64,000 bases of DNA from Aquabacterium sp. (GCF_041909175.1 NZ_JAYRDZ010000005.1:60417-124416), one strand, 5' to 3'. Positions 10,468 through 23,148 are shown, numbered from the stretch's first letter. Numbers and translations: made by a program. Notes: a model not told the origin generated them from the sequence alone.

Positions 10468-11241
10468 ATGGCAGATCACATTTCCGCCCCCAAGGCCGTC
10501 CTGGTGACCGGGGCTGCCAAACGGCTTGGCCGCGAGATCGCCCTGACGCTGGCGCGACAGGGATGGCGCGTGGCCGTGCATTACCGCAGCTCCGTGGCCG
10601 AGGCTGACGCCACGGTGGCGGATATCCGTGCCCTGGGCCTGGATGCGGTGGCCTTGCAAGCCGATCTGTCTGACGAGGTGTCGTGCCGGCGCCTGATCCC
10701 GGCAGCGGTGCAGGCCCTGGGGCAACTTGATGCCGTCGTCAACAGCGCGTCGGCGTTCGAGTTTGACGACGCCAGCACCTTCACCTATTCCATGCTGGAG
10801 CGCCACCTGCGTGCCAACACGGCACCGGCGGTGGTCCTGGCGCAGACTTTGTACGAACACTTGCGTTCCCGGCCCGACGCACAGGGTGCGGTGGTGAACC
10901 TGCTGGACCAGAAGCTGTGGAATCCGAACCCTGATTTCCTCAGCTACACCCTGTCGAAAGCGGCGCTCGAATCGGCCACTACCTTGCTGGCGCTGGCACT
11001 CGCCCCGCGTGTGCGGGTGGTGGGTGTGGCACCCGGCCTGACGCTGACCAGTGACTGGCTGCAAGGCGAACGCTTTGAGCAGTTGCACAAGCTGTCACCC
11101 CTTGGGCGCTCGTCTACAGCAGAGGATGTGGCGGCCACCGTGGCGTTTGCGCTGGCCAATCGCTCGATGACGGGCAGTACCGTGTTGGTCGATGGCGGCC
11201 AGCACCTTCAGCGGTTTGACCGCGATTTTTCAAAAATGTGA
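10468..11241 (+). CDS. Short-chain dehydrogenase (pteridine reductase/FolM-like)
   Basis: VTGAAKRLG, NSAS and YTLSK; directly upstream of folB. Confidence 0.88.
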   Translation: MADHISAPKAVLVTGAAKRLGREIALTLARQGWRVAVHYRSSVAEADATVADIRALGLDAVALQADLSDEVSCRRLIPAAVQALGQLDAVVNSASAFEFDDASTFTYSMLERHLRANTAPAVVLAQTLYEHLRSRPDAQGAVVNLLDQKLWNPNPDFLSYTLSKAALESATTLLALALAPRVRVVGVAPGLTLTSDWLQGERFEQLHKLSPLGRSSTAEDVAATVAFALANRSMTGSTVLVDGGQHLQRFDRDFSKM

Positions 11242-11248
11242 GGCGCCC

Positions 11249-11620
11249 ATGTCGCTGACCAAAGGCACCCAGACCCTGAACCTGACCGGCTTGCGTTTCA
11301 ATGCCAGCCTGGGCGTGCTCGACCACGAAATCAACAACCCCCAGCCCATCCAGGTGGATGCCGAGCTGAACATGGGCACGCAGCCCTTGCTGCCGCGAGA
11401 TGACGAGATCCACCATGTGCTGGACTACCGCCGCGTGCGCGCCATCATCATCGAAGAGTGCACCGCCAGCCACGTGAACCTGCTGGAGTCCCTCATTGGC
11501 AAGCTGTGCCTGCGTTTGATGGGCCTGCCGGGCGTGCTGGGGGTGCGGGTCAAGATTGCCAAGCTGGAAATTTTCGAGGACTGCGAAGTCGCCATTCGCA
11601 TGGAAACCGGGCAGTGGTGA
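11249..11620 (+). CDS. folB: Dihydroneopterin aldolase
   Basis: LGVLDHE...QPIQVD, LDY and HVNLLESL...VKIAKL. Confidence 0.85.
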   Translation: MSLTKGTQTLNLTGLRFNASLGVLDHEINNPQPIQVDAELNMGTQPLLPRDDEIHHVLDYRRVRAIIIEECTASHVNLLESLIGKLCLRLMGLPGVLGVRVKIAKLEIFEDCEVAIRMETGQW

Positions 11621-11635
11621 TGCCCGGTCTGTCCA

Positions 11636-13246
11636 TCAGCGTCTGAAGTCGCAGGCGTACTCCACCGTGTCGCCCGTTCCAGCCGGGCCGATCTCGCGGA
11701 ACGACACGGTGTAGGCCCCAGCGTAGAAGCTGGCATCGACCCAACGGATATAGCCGTCCGAGCCGCTGAAGCCTCCGCCGGGCAGATTCAGCTTGTAGCC
11801 TTTGACATACTCCGATGTGGTGGCATCACCTGGAGAGACCAGGGCGATCTCGATGTCCGCATCAAGTGTCCGGCCGACCAGTGTCAGGGCGTGGCTGGGT
11901 GATTTGCCGTCTACCGTCAGCACCACGGCGCCATCGCTCTTGACTTCCATTGAGCAGGTCTTGTTGGAGAGGTTGCTGGCGACGCAGCCGTTGGCGGTGG
12001 CAGCGGTGGTGCAGCTGCGGTAGTAGCCGCCGCCAGTGGCGAGACCGGTGTGTGTCCCGACGAAGGCGCTGATGTTGTTCAGCGTCAGGTCCAGCCAGGT
12101 GGTCGCGTAGGTGCCGATCAAGTTGAGCGTGCCGGTGGAACGCGTGAAGCTTTCCAGCGGGATCGTGGTGGCGATCTGGCCCGATGGCGCTCGACACAGC
12201 AGCCCCTTGAGGGTGCCGCCGACATGGGTCGTGGCCGCAATTTCGTAGAGGCGAGGCGAGCCGCCACCCAAGGTTGTGAAGTCGAACTTGACGACACTGC
12301 TGCCGGCGGCGCTCGGCACACCATTGCTGGCTGCACCATCGGCAGCCTGCATGCGGACCTGTGCGCCATTGAGTGCGTTGACCCGGTCTTCCGTATCACC
12401 ACTGAATGTGGCGCTGATGGTGGTGCTGCCCGCACTGACCGTCAGGGTGCCATCGGCATAGCTGTAGCTGCAGTCGGTGCCCACGGCCTCGGCTGCGCCA
12501 TAGTTCTTGACCGTGCCCGACAGCCCTTGCAGCAAGGCCACATCGGCAGGCACCTTGTTTCGACCGAACAGGGTGCCCGTTCCGCCGCCTGAACCGGTAT
12601 CAGCCTCTACCAGGCCAGGCAGGCTGCCCGCCACGCTCTCGGCAACCAAGGCTTCCAGCGTCGTGCCATTGGCATCCAGGCGGGTGCCAATGGCATCCAG
12701 AATCTGGTCTTCGGCATCACCCACGGCAAACACGCCCGTGAGCGGATTGATCCCTGGCCGGTTCAAGCCAGCGGCCACCAGGTCGTCACCCAATGCCGTG
12801 ACGGCTTGCCCAAGGACGCTTGCGGCTTGCCGTACCAAAGCTGGATCAAAGGTGTCAAAGACCGACGTGGGCGTTTGGCCTGCTGCCCGCGCCAGAATCA
12901 ACTCCGTCAGCGGTGTGATGTTGATGCGACCCGCGTCCGTGGCCAGGCTGTGCAGCGTCACCGTGGGTGAGCCGCCGGTGACGCGCAGCACGCAGGGCAG
13001 GGTCTGGTTGCCGTCCAGCGTCAGGTCAAAGTGGCCATCGGCGGCCGTGGTTCCCGTGACATCCGGGCCGGAGGCGCAGCGTGCGGTCACGCTGGCGCCG
13101 GAGAGCGCAGCGCCGACTGCCGCTGTGCCGGTCAGTTCGGGGACTGCACTGTCGCTGCCGCCACCTCCGCCGCAACCCGTCAGAACGACTCCCAGGACGG
13201 CCGAGGTCATCCAGAACCATGCTCCCTGTGTGTATGGCTTGTTCAT
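11636..13246 (-). CDS. Extracellular lipoprotein of unknown function
   Basis: Lipobox LTGC plus Gly tract; TGTAAVGAAL..ASVTARC..G..GTTAADGHF N-terminal domain; Thr/Gly/Ser-rich beta C-terminal half. Confidence 0.78.
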   Translation of the reverse strand: MNKPYTQGAWFWMTSAVLGVVLTGCGGGGGSDSAVPELTGTAAVGAALSGASVTARCASGPDVTGTTAADGHFDLTLDGNQTLPCVLRVTGGSPTVTLHSLATDAGRINITPLTELILARAAGQTPTSVFDTFDPALVRQAASVLGQAVTALGDDLVAAGLNRPGINPLTGVFAVGDAEDQILDAIGTRLDANGTTLEALVAESVAGSLPGLVEADTGSGGGTGTLFGRNKVPADVALLQGLSGTVKNYGAAEAVGTDCSYSYADGTLTVSAGSTTISATFSGDTEDRVNALNGAQVRMQAADGAASNGVPSAAGSSVVKFDFTTLGGGSPRLYEIAATTHVGGTLKGLLCRAPSGQIATTIPLESFTRSTGTLNLIGTYATTWLDLTLNNISAFVGTHTGLATGGGYYRSCTTAATANGCVASNLSNKTCSMEVKSDGAVVLTVDGKSPSHALTLVGRTLDADIEIALVSPGDATTSEYVKGYKLNLPGGGFSGSDGYIRWVDASFYAGAYTVSFREIGPAGTGDTVEYACDFRR

Positions 13247-13307
13247 GTCAGTATTTCTGTGTGTTTCAACGACAGGTCACTTTGTTACAGGTTGGGTGCG
13301 GCTGTAG

Positions 13308-13323
13308 TCACATGAAGATGTGA
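13308..13323. promoter_or_regulatory. Inverted repeat TCACAT-GAAG-ATGTGA in divergent promoter
   Basis: Perfect 6-4-6 palindrome between the lipoprotein and response regulator genes. Confidence 0.45.
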
Positions 13324-13381
13324 TCCCGAGTCTCGGGGGGGAGTAGATCGGGCGCAGGATTCGCCCTTTAGACTGCCCGGC

Positions 13382-14071
13382 ATGAAGGAATCGCGTGCCG
13401 AAGCCATCCTCATCGTTGAAGACGATGTCGCCACCCAGAACTGGTTGGCGTCGGCCTTGCTCGCCATGCCAGATGTGCAGGTACATTGCTGCGCGACCGT
13501 GTCCGAGGCGGTGTCATGGCTGCACTCGAATAGCCCTGACATCGTGTTGACCGATCTGGGTTTGCCGGACGGTTCCGGCATCGATGTCATCGAGTGCGCC
13601 GTTCGGCTTCACCCGCGATCGGAGGTGCTCGTGATCAGCATCTTTGGTGACGAGGCGCATGTGGTCGCAGCCATCGAAGCGGGTGCCAGCGGATACCTGC
13701 TCAAGGACTCCAGCTTCGACAACCTGGGTGAGCAGTTGCAGCATCTGCGCGAAGGGGGCTCGCCCTTGAGCCCCCAGATCGCGCGAACACTGATCCGGCG
13801 CCATCGCGGTGCGGAGAGCCGTCCTCCTGTTTCGGACGCAGCGTCCTCCAACGGGGACGCACTTTTGACGGCCAGAGAGGTCGAGGTGCTGACCTTCATC
13901 GCGAAGGGATTCAGCTACCAGGAAGGGGCAGAGATGCTGGGCGTGTCGGCCAATACCGTGCGTACATACATCAAGCGCATCTATCAGAAGCTCTCCGTCA
14001 ATTCCCGCAGTGAGGCGGTCTATGAATACAACCTGTTGAGAGCGGCTCAAGGTCGCCCACCCTTGACCTGA
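13382..14071 (+). CDS. NarL/LuxR-family response regulator
   Basis: IVEDD, LTDLGLPDGSG, GASGYLLK receiver and LTAREVEVL...SANTVRTYIKRIYQKL HTH. Confidence 0.95.
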   Translation: MKESRAEAILIVEDDVATQNWLASALLAMPDVQVHCCATVSEAVSWLHSNSPDIVLTDLGLPDGSGIDVIECAVRLHPRSEVLVISIFGDEAHVVAAIEAGASGYLLKDSSFDNLGEQLQHLREGGSPLSPQIARTLIRRHRGAESRPPVSDAASSNGDALLTAREVEVLTFIAKGFSYQEGAEMLGVSANTVRTYIKRIYQKLSVNSRSEAVYEYNLLRAAQGRPPLT

Positions 14072-15954
14072 TGGCTTGGCGCGCATGCCTTCTCTTGACA
14101 CTGCTGCTGGCGCTGCTCGGTTTGAGCGGGTGCAAGTTGGCAGAGCCCTCAGGGCCGCGCGTGTTGGCGTTGGCCTTGGGCGATGCGTTGGCTACGGGAA
14201 ACCAGTTTCAGACAGATCCACCTCTGGCTTTGTCGGGCTGGCAACCGGTGACCCTGCCGGATGCCTGGGATGCGCATCGCCCTGACTACCAGGGTTATGT
14301 GTGGTACCGGCTGCGCTTTGCGACACCTGCCGCATCTGACGGCGCTTTGGCCGTCTACCTTCCGTACGTCAGCATGAATGCCCGTGTGAACGTGAACGGC
14401 CACATGTTGGGGCAACAGGGCCGCATGGTGGAGCCGGTGACGCGGCACTTCTATACGCCGCTGCTCTTCAACCTGCCCGCATCCGCCCTCAAGCCACCGG
14501 GTCAACTCAACGAACTCCATGTGCTTGTCATGGGGTACCGGCAGTATCGAAGTGGCCTGGGGGTGGTGTACGTGGGTGATGCCGCTACCCTGCAAACATA
14601 TTGGGGTGAACGCCACTTCTGGCAGAACACCGGCACGTTGGTGACCTCGGTGGTGGTGTTGAGCGTGGGGCTATACGGCATCTTGCTGTGGGCGCGTTCG
14701 CCGCGAAGCACCATGTTCGCGTGGTTCACTGTGGCTGCCCTGGTCTGGGGTGTCCGCAACCTGAATTTCGTTCTGGTCACAAGCCCGTTCTCTGCGACGT
14801 GGGACAACCGTTTGTGGAACCAGTGGTCATTGGTGGGGGCCGTCACCTTCGTGGGGCTGTTTGCGCTGTTCACCCTGGAGTACAGCCGATGGGTGCTTCG
14901 ACAAGAAGCCTTGCCCTGGTGGCAGCGGGCGATTCCGCTGGCCTACGTGCTCGGCAGCATCGTCTTGTTGCTGATTCCCAGTGACACCGGGGCTGTTCGC
15001 CAGTTGTTCAAGCCACTCGGCATGGGCGGGTTGTTGTTGACGCTGTGGAGCCAGTGGCACTTGCTGAGCACTGCCGTCAAGGTCAGGTCATGGCCTGTGA
15101 TTTCAGTGGCCTGCGCTGGGCTGGCTTATCTGGTGCTGATCATCAATGACCTGCAGGTGGCCAACGACCACGTCACGGTGGGGGGGCTGTTCCTGCGGCA
15201 ATATGCGGCGGTTCCACTGTTCCTGTCGGTCACATTGGTCTGGACGCGGCGGTACTGGGAGGCCTTGCGGGAGGCTGAACACCTGTCAAACAGCTTGCAG
15301 GCGCAGGTGGATGCGCAGCGGGTCCTGCTGCAGAAGAACTTCGAACAACTGATGGAATCGGAGCGCGCGCGCGTGGTGTCCGGTGAGCGTGAGCGCCTGG
15401 TCAGCGACCTCCATGACGGTCTGGGGCTCCATCTGCTGACTGCGCTGCGGCTGGCCCGTTCGGAGGGCGTTCAGCCACAGGTGCTGGCAGACACCATTCA
15501 GGACTGCCTGGACGATTTGCGCGTTGCCATCGATTCGATGAGCAACCTGGATGAGCGAGATCCCGTTCTGATTCTGGGCAGCCTGCGTTTTCGTCTGGCG
15601 CCGCGTTTGCAGGCGGCCGGCGTGCAATTGGACTGGCGGGTGACAGGAGAAGTCGCTCCACAGCCCTGGCTGGACGCGCCCAATGCACTGCACCTGCTGC
15701 GCATCGTGCAAGAGGCGCTGACCAACGCGGTGCGCCATGGGCGGGCGACGCGGGTCCAATTGATGGTGGAGCCCCTGGGACAGGGGGTGCAGGTCTCCTT
15801 GATCGATAACGGGACTGGCTTTGATGTCCAGGCGGCCTCTTCGGGGTGTGGGCTCAACAGCATGCATCGGCGAGCCCAGATGCTGGGGGCCACGCTGCGC
15901 ATTGAGTCACCCGCGAGCGGTGGCGTGGCGGTGATCCTGAGCAAGCCCCTCTGA
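14071..15954 (+). CDS. 7TM-DISM sensor histidine kinase (HisKA_3 type)
   Basis: [13 protein letters not shown] extracellular domain, about 7 TM segments, [15 protein letters not shown]-box, EALTNAVRH and DNGTGF; start overlaps regulator stop. Confidence 0.92.
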   Translation: MAWRACLLLTLLLALLGLSGCKLAEPSGPRVLALALGDALATGNQFQTDPPLALSGWQPVTLPDAWDAHRPDYQGYVWYRLRFATPAASDGALAVYLPYVSMNARVNVNGHMLGQQGRMVEPVTRHFYTPLLFNLPASALKPPGQLNELHVLVMGYRQYRSGLGVVYVGDAATLQTYWGERHFWQNTGTLVTSVVVLSVGLYGILLWARSPRSTMFAWFTVAALVWGVRNLNFVLVTSPFSATWDNRLWNQWSLVGAVTFVGLFALFTLEYSRWVLRQEALPWWQRAIPLAYVLGSIVLLLIPSDTGAVRQLFKPLGMGGLLLTLWSQWHLLSTAVKVRSWPVISVACAGLAYLVLIINDLQVANDHVTVGGLFLRQYAAVPLFLSVTLVWTRRYWEALREAEHLSNSLQAQVDAQRVLLQKNFEQLMESERARVVSGERERLVSDLHDGLGLHLLTALRLARSEGVQPQVLADTIQDCLDDLRVAIDSMSNLDERDPVLILGSLRFRLAPRLQAAGVQLDWRVTGEVAPQPWLDAPNALHLLRIVQEALTNAVRHGRATRVQLMVEPLGQGVQVSLIDNGTGFDVQAASSGCGLNSMHRRAQMLGATLRIESPASGGVAVILSKPL

Positions 15955-16033
15955 GCATCTCTTTCGTGAATCTGGCCATCTCTTTGAAGGGAATGTGTGC
16001 GAGGGTTCGCGAGATCGGCGAAAATCCGCCCCC

Positions 16034-16987
16034 ATGAGTCAAGCCACCGCCCCCCTGTCCGTTCTGCCGACCGAAGCCGACATCGCCGAAGAAGAAAAGC
16101 GTGCGAAGAAGCACGCCTTCGAGATGAACAAGCTCAGCAAGCGCCTGCACCGTGAGGTGGGCGAAGCCATCACTGACTTCAACATGATTGAAGACGGTGA
16201 CAAGGTCATGGTGTGCATGTCCGGCGGCAAGGACAGCTACGGCATGCTCGACATCCTGATGAACCTGCAAAAGCGGGCGCCCATCCGGTTCGAGATCGTG
16301 GCGGTCAACCTGGACCAGAAGCAGCCCGGTTTTCCGGAACACGTGCTGCCGGAATACCTCACCAAGGTGGGGGTGCCGTTCCGCATCGAAGAGCAGGACA
16401 CCTACAGCGTGGTCAAGCGCGTGGTGCCCGAGGGCAAGACCACCTGCTCGCTGTGCTCGCGCCTGCGCCGCGGCATCCTCTACCGCGTGGCCACCGAGCT
16501 GGGCTGTACCAAGATCGCCCTGGGCCACCACCGCGATGACATCCTGCAGACCGTGTTCATGAACATGTTCTTCGGTTCCACCCTCAAGGGCATGCCGCCC
16601 AAGCTGGTGACCGACAACGGTGAACATGTGGTGATCCGCCCGATGGCCTACTGCCGCGAAAAGGATCTGGCCAAATACGCCGAGTGGCGCGAGTTCCCTA
16701 TCATTCCGTGTAATCTGTGCGGTAGTCAGGAAGGCCTGCAGCGTCAGCAGATGCGTGAAATGATCAACGAATGGGATGCGAAATTCCCCGGCCGCGTGGA
16801 CAACATGTTCACCGCGCTGTCGAACATCATTCCCTCGCACATGATGGACCGCAAGCTTTATCCGTTCACCACCATCAAGGCGACCGGTACGCCCATGGCA
16901 GGCGGCGACATCGCCTTTGACGAGGAGGAAAACTGTGGACCCTCGGAAACGCCCGTCTCGATCATCAACATCCGATCTGGCGACTGA
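16034..16987 (+). CDS. ttcA: tRNA 2-thiocytidine(32) synthetase
   Basis: SGGKDS PP-loop, [16 protein letters not shown] and CNLCGSQ. Confidence 0.97.
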   Translation: MSQATAPLSVLPTEADIAEEEKRAKKHAFEMNKLSKRLHREVGEAITDFNMIEDGDKVMVCMSGGKDSYGMLDILMNLQKRAPIRFEIVAVNLDQKQPGFPEHVLPEYLTKVGVPFRIEEQDTYSVVKRVVPEGKTTCSLCSRLRRGILYRVATELGCTKIALGHHRDDILQTVFMNMFFGSTLKGMPPKLVTDNGEHVVIRPMAYCREKDLAKYAEWREFPIIPCNLCGSQEGLQRQQMREMINEWDAKFPGRVDNMFTALSNIIPSHMMDRKLYPFTTIKATGTPMAGGDIAFDEEENCGPSETPVSIINIRSGD

Positions 16988-16994
16988 GCCAGCA

Positions 16995-17600
16995 GTGCTG
17001 TCGCGCCGAGCGGCCATGGGGCTGCTAGCGCTGTCTGCGGCCGGGCTCTTGTCCGGTTGCGCGGCGATGAAGTCGCTGTCCAGCGAGGTGTCGAGCTTTG
17101 GCACCTGGCCGACTACCCGGGCGCCCGGCGCTTATGCGTTCGAGCGCCTGCCCTCGCAGAAGGTCGATGTCGCCTCGCAGGACAAGATTGAAGCGGCAGC
17201 CGAGCCGGCGCTGGCGGAGGCCGGCTTCACCAAGGTGGAAGACGCTGCCAAGGCAGAATATGCGGTGCAGGTGTCGGCTCACGTGGTGAACATGCCGCCG
17301 CGTTACGTCGATCGGCCTGGTCCCTACTGGTACCCCAGCATAGGGGGGTGGTGGGGCTCCGGTGGCTGGAGTGGCGTGAGCTTGGGCATCATGGTCGAGC
17401 CGTCGACCAACCAGGTTCAGGTGGACCTGCTGGTGCGCGACCGCAAGACCAACGAGGTGCTCTATGAAACGCATGCGGTGCGTGAGCAGAACACCGGTTA
17501 TGTGGACAAGGTGCTGCCCGCCATGTTTGCGGCAGCCCTGAAAGGGTTTCCCCAGGCATCGTCCGGCCCCAAGGTGGTGACCGTGCCGTACGAGCCTTGA
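16995..17600 (+). CDS. DUF4136-like lipoprotein
   Basis: SRRAAMGLLALSAAGLLSGC lipobox, YAFERLPSQ and VLYETHA; GTG start inferred. Confidence 0.72.
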   Translation: MLSRRAAMGLLALSAAGLLSGCAAMKSLSSEVSSFGTWPTTRAPGAYAFERLPSQKVDVASQDKIEAAAEPALAEAGFTKVEDAAKAEYAVQVSAHVVNMPPRYVDRPGPYWYPSIGGWWGSGGWSGVSLGIMVEPSTNQVQVDLLVRDRKTNEVLYETHAVREQNTGYVDKVLPAMFAAALKGFPQASSGPKVVTVPYEP

Positions 17601-17627
17601 GGCTGTTTGTAGAAGTTCAGGAATCAC

Positions 17628-19022
17628 ATGTCACTGTCGATCGTCATCATGGCCGCGGGCAAGGGAACCCGCATGAAGTCTGCCTTGCCCAAGGTGTTGC
17701 ACCAGATCGCCGGGCGGCCCATGCTGGCCCATGTGATTGGCACCACCGCCAGCCTGGGGGCGGCGCGTGACATCGTGATCACTGGCCACGGTGCTGAGCG
17801 GGTCGAGGCGACCATGCGTGCCCTCTATCCGCAGGCGCCGCTCAATTTCGTGCGCCAGGAACCGCAACTGGGTACCGGTCACGCGGTCCAGCAGGCTGTG
17901 CCCTGTTTGCCGGATGAAGGCACCACGCTGATCCTCAATGGCGACACACCCCTGATCGAAGCCGCTACCGCACGGGCGCTGGTAGATGCCTGCCAGGGCG
18001 AGCGGCTGGCGCTGTTGACGATCAACCTGCCTGACCCGACCGGCTATGGGCGCATCGTGCGTGACGCATCGGGTGAGCGCGTGCTGGCCATCGTCGAGCA
18101 CAAGGATGCCTCCGAGGCGCAGCGTGCCATCCAGGAGGTCTACACCGGCATGATGGCCGCCCCGACCCGCTTGCTGAAGAAGTGGCTGGGGCAACTCACC
18201 AATCAGAATGCGCAAGGCGAGTACTACCTGACCGACGTGGTGGCCATGGCGCAAGCCGATGGGGTGACCGTGGTGTCGGCTCAGCCGCGTGACGAAGTTG
18301 AAGTGCTGGGTGTCAACAGCCCCATGCAGTTGGCTGATCTGGAGCGTCGCCATCAACGGGCTCAGGCCGCGCGCCTGATGGAGCAGGGTGTGCGGCTGGC
18401 CGATCCGGCCCGCTTTGACCTGCGCGGTGTCTTGCAGTGCGGTCAGGACGTCGAGATCGATGTCAACGTGATCGTCGAAGGCGAGGTGCAACTCGGCCAT
18501 AACGTGCGCATCGGTGCCAACTGTGTGCTGCGCAATGTGGTCATCGGCGACAACGTGGTCATCCACCCCTTCACCCACATCGATGGGGACACACAAGGGG
18601 CACAGGTCGGCGCGGGTTCCCTGATCGGGCCTTTTGCCCGTCTGCGCCCGGGGGCACAGTTGGGTGAAGAAGTGCACATCGGCAACTTTGTCGAGGTGAA
18701 GAACAGCACCCTGGCCAACGGCGCCAAGGCCAACCACCTGGCCTATCTGGGTGATGCGACCGTGGGTGAGCGAGTCAACTACGGCGCAGGCAGCATCACC
18801 GCCAATTACGATGGGGCCAACAAGCACCGCACCGTGATCGGCAACGATGTGCATGTCGGTTCCAATTGCGTGCTGATTGCGCCCATCACGCTGGGTGACG
18901 GCGCCACCATCGGTGGCGGCAGCACCATCAGCAAGGATGCCCCTGCCGGGCAGCTGACGGTGGCGCGTGCCAAGCAGATCTCCCTGGCAGGCTGGCAGCG
19001 GCCGCAGAAGGTCAAGCGCTGA
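17628..19022 (+). CDS. glmU: Bifunctional UDP-GlcNAc pyrophosphorylase/glucosamine-1-P acetyltransferase
   Basis: MAAGKGTRMKSALPKVLH, EPQLGTGHAV, GEYYLTD, hexapeptide repeats and NYDGANKH. Confidence 0.98.
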   Translation: MSLSIVIMAAGKGTRMKSALPKVLHQIAGRPMLAHVIGTTASLGAARDIVITGHGAERVEATMRALYPQAPLNFVRQEPQLGTGHAVQQAVPCLPDEGTTLILNGDTPLIEAATARALVDACQGERLALLTINLPDPTGYGRIVRDASGERVLAIVEHKDASEAQRAIQEVYTGMMAAPTRLLKKWLGQLTNQNAQGEYYLTDVVAMAQADGVTVVSAQPRDEVEVLGVNSPMQLADLERRHQRAQAARLMEQGVRLADPARFDLRGVLQCGQDVEIDVNVIVEGEVQLGHNVRIGANCVLRNVVIGDNVVIHPFTHIDGDTQGAQVGAGSLIGPFARLRPGAQLGEEVHIGNFVEVKNSTLANGAKANHLAYLGDATVGERVNYGAGSITANYDGANKHRTVIGNDVHVGSNCVLIAPITLGDGATIGGGSTISKDAPAGQLTVARAKQISLAGWQRPQKVKR

Positions 19023-19035
19023 CGTCTGGCGCGCC

Positions 19036-19713
19036 ATGAACCACTATGAACGTCTGAACATCACGCGGGATGCCCCACCAGCCGTGGTCCATGCGGCCTA
19101 CCAGGCATTGGTGGCGTCGTGTGACGATGGGCAAGCCGATGAGGGCGACGACGACCCGGTCGGGCGCGCAGATCGGCATGAGCGGAGGGTCGCGCTCCAT
19201 ACCGCCCACGATGTGTTGATGGATGCGGCGATGCGCGCCGAATACGACGCGCAATTGTCAGACTCCCCCGTTGATATCGAGGTGCCCGTGGCGGCGGACG
19301 TGCCGTTTGCGGGCTATGTGGCTGCTGCTGCACCCGGTGGGGCCACTGTTCAATCCAAGTGGGTGGCTGGAGGCCTCGGTGTGCTGGTGGTGCTGGGTTT
19401 GATCATCTGGCTGTGGCAGTCGTTTGACGCTTTCAACCAGGGGCGCAGGCTGTCTGAGAATTTCTCGGCGCGCCCTGTGGGAAGCGTTGAGGTGGGGCAT
19501 GAGCAGCCGACGGTGGATGAGTTGGCCCGCATGTCGGACGACGAACTCGTGAAAGTGCTCCCCACGCTGGATACCCATGCGCCACCTGCGGGGGCTGTGC
19601 CGCAGCGGCAGGGTGCCGCGATGACCAAGCCCCATCCGCTGGATGGGCAACCCCTGAGGTTGCAGACGGATCGCCGTCTGGTTGACCCGCTGGCGACCGA
19701 CGCTCAGCCCTGA
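19036..19713 (+). CDS. Membrane-anchored J-domain-like protein lacking the HPD motif
   Basis: NHYERLNI..DA...V..AY..L and AHDVL.D..MRAEYD; one TM segment (GLGVLVVLGLIIWLW). Confidence 0.72.
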   Translation: MNHYERLNITRDAPPAVVHAAYQALVASCDDGQADEGDDDPVGRADRHERRVALHTAHDVLMDAAMRAEYDAQLSDSPVDIEVPVAADVPFAGYVAAAAPGGATVQSKWVAGGLGVLVVLGLIIWLWQSFDAFNQGRRLSENFSARPVGSVEVGHEQPTVDELARMSDDELVKVLPTLDTHAPPAGAVPQRQGAAMTKPHPLDGQPLRLQTDRRLVDPLATDAQP

Positions 19714-20201
19714 TCCAGTCGCGTCAGCGGAATCTGCGTGCCGAACTTGGCGCGTTTCACGGCAAAGAAGGCGCGCACATTGCGCACATTGCTGTCTTCG
19801 GTGAAGAGCGTGCGGGCCAGCTCCTGGTAGGCCGGCATGTCGCGCACCTGGGCCACCAGCACAAAGTCAGGCCCGGGTGACACCCGCCAGCATTGCTGGA
19901 TGTGCGCGTGGGCGCAGGCCTTTTGCTCAAAAGCGTCCAGGGCTTCCTGTGTCTGTGTGTCGAGGCTCACCTCCACCAGTGCGCTCAGGCCCCAGCCCTG
20001 CTGTTCAGCTACCCGGCCAGGGGACAGCACCGCCACCTGCTTGTCGATCAGACCGGTGTCCCACAAGCGTTTGACCCGGCGGTGGCAAGTGGCCGGCGAG
20101 ATGTGCACGAGCTCGGCCAGCGCCAGGTTGGACAGCGTGGCATCGTGCTGAAGCAGGTCGAGCAATTGCCAGTCGATGGCATCCAGTTGGGTGGGTTGCA
20201 T
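19704..20201 (-). CDS. Lrp/AsnC family transcriptional regulator
   Basis: LDAIDWQLLDLLQHDATLSNLALAELVHISPATCHRRVKRL; divergent from glmS. Confidence 0.94.
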   Translation of the reverse strand: MQPTQLDAIDWQLLDLLQHDATLSNLALAELVHISPATCHRRVKRLWDTGLIDKQVAVLSPGRVAEQQGWGLSALVEVSLDTQTQEALDAFEQKACAHAHIQQCWRVSPGPDFVLVAQVRDMPAYQELARTLFTEDSNVRNVRAFFAVKRAKFGTQIPLTRLDQG

Positions 20202-20352
20202 GGATAGTTATTTTGAATGCATGTACAAATTGGAAAAAAATTTCTCTGCATTAACTGGTTAGAAATTTAGTTCAAAAACAGGCGGAAATCAAAAAAACAT
20301 TTCTCACGATAGCAGCTAGCATCCGCACAGTTTCTCTTTTGGAGTTCTGCTT

Positions 20353-22236
<1,884 letters not shown>

Positions 22237-22258
22237 GTTGTTGTGAGGTCCGTGTTGG

Positions 22259-22286
22259 TGTTCTTTGCCAATAAAGTCGTAGACAG
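22259..22286 (+). mobile_element. Tn7-like transposon end at attTn7
   Basis: TGT-TCTTT-GCCAATAAAGTCGTAGACAG starts 22 nt after the glmS stop. It matches the Tn7 right end as I recall it (TGT-GGGCG-GACAATAAAGTCTTAAACTG) at 16/20 in the TnsB site, with the same spacing. Putative target site GTTGG at 22254-22258. Confidence 0.72.
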
Positions 22287-22431
22287 CATCGGTAGAGGAT
22301 GCGTAAGCTCCCCTGTCAAGCAGACTGTTGATTTCTAGATTGATACCTATCTGTCATTAACGCACGTCGTAGCAGTTCGTGGATGAAGTCCAAATTTCCA
22401 AGAATCTACGGTGATTTTTGAGGTGAGCGAC

Positions 22432-23148
22432 TTAGTATCCCCAATCCTCATGCCTAACCGGCAACCTGTTGAGCCGCCTCCTCAACTGCTGCCAATGCGG
22501 CAAGTACAAGTCCATCAGGTCGATGAAGCGCTGGTTGTGTGTGGGCTCCAGCAGGTGCACCAGTTCGTGCACCACGATGTATTCCAAGCACTCCATCGGC
22601 TTCTTGGCCAGGTCCGTATTCAGCCGGATGTAGCCTGACTCAGGCGTGCAGCTGCCCCACTTGGTCTTCATGCGTTGCACGAACACCCTCTGCGCCTTCA
22701 CCTTCAGCAGGGGCTCCCATTTCTCCAGCAATGCGGGCACAGCATCTCGCACCTGCTGCCGGTACCAGCCGTCCAGTACCTCTTCGCACCTGGCCTGATC
22801 TGCACCCGGCCGCACTTGCAGCTTCAGCTTGCGAGGCGTCAGGCTCACGTTTGGCGCTGCATCAGCATGGCTGATCTCCAGCAGGTAACGCTTGCCCCAC
22901 AGGTAGTGGCTTTCCTTGTTCAGGTACTCGCGGGGCGTTTCGCGCTCCTGGTCCTGCAGCTTGCGCTGCTGTGACCGAATCCAACTCAGCTTCGAGATCA
23001 CGAACAGCCGAATCGTGTCCAGCGGCATGCCCTGCGGCGCTGCCACGCGAACCTTGCCCACGGGCGGCAGCACGCTCAGGTGAACGTGCTTGATCGCCTT
23101 ACGGGTCACTTCCGCATGCAGCTCCCCCAGGTCCAGCAAGTCGCGCAT
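22432..23148 (-). CDS. M48/YgjP-like metallopeptidase associated with type I R-M
   Basis: MKTKWGSC and YIVVHELVHLLEPTHN (HExxH); ATG overlaps hsdR TGA. Confidence 0.92.
   Translation of the reverse strand: MRDLLDLGELHAEVTRKAIKHVHLSVLPPVGKVRVAAPQGMPLDTIRLFVISKLSWIRSQQRKLQDQERETPREYLNKESHYLWGKRYLLEISHADAAPNVSLTPRKLKLQVRPGADQARCEEVLDGWYRQQVRDAVPALLEKWEPLLKVKAQRVFVQRMKTKWGSCTPESGYIRLNTDLAKKPMECLEYIVVHELVHLLEPTHNQRFIDLMDLYLPHWQQLRRRLNRLPVRHEDWGY

Noticed and set aside
20202-20352. glmS ribozyme or riboswitch upstream of glmS
   Set aside because: The region is a short AT-rich divergent promoter with no ribozyme-like structure visible
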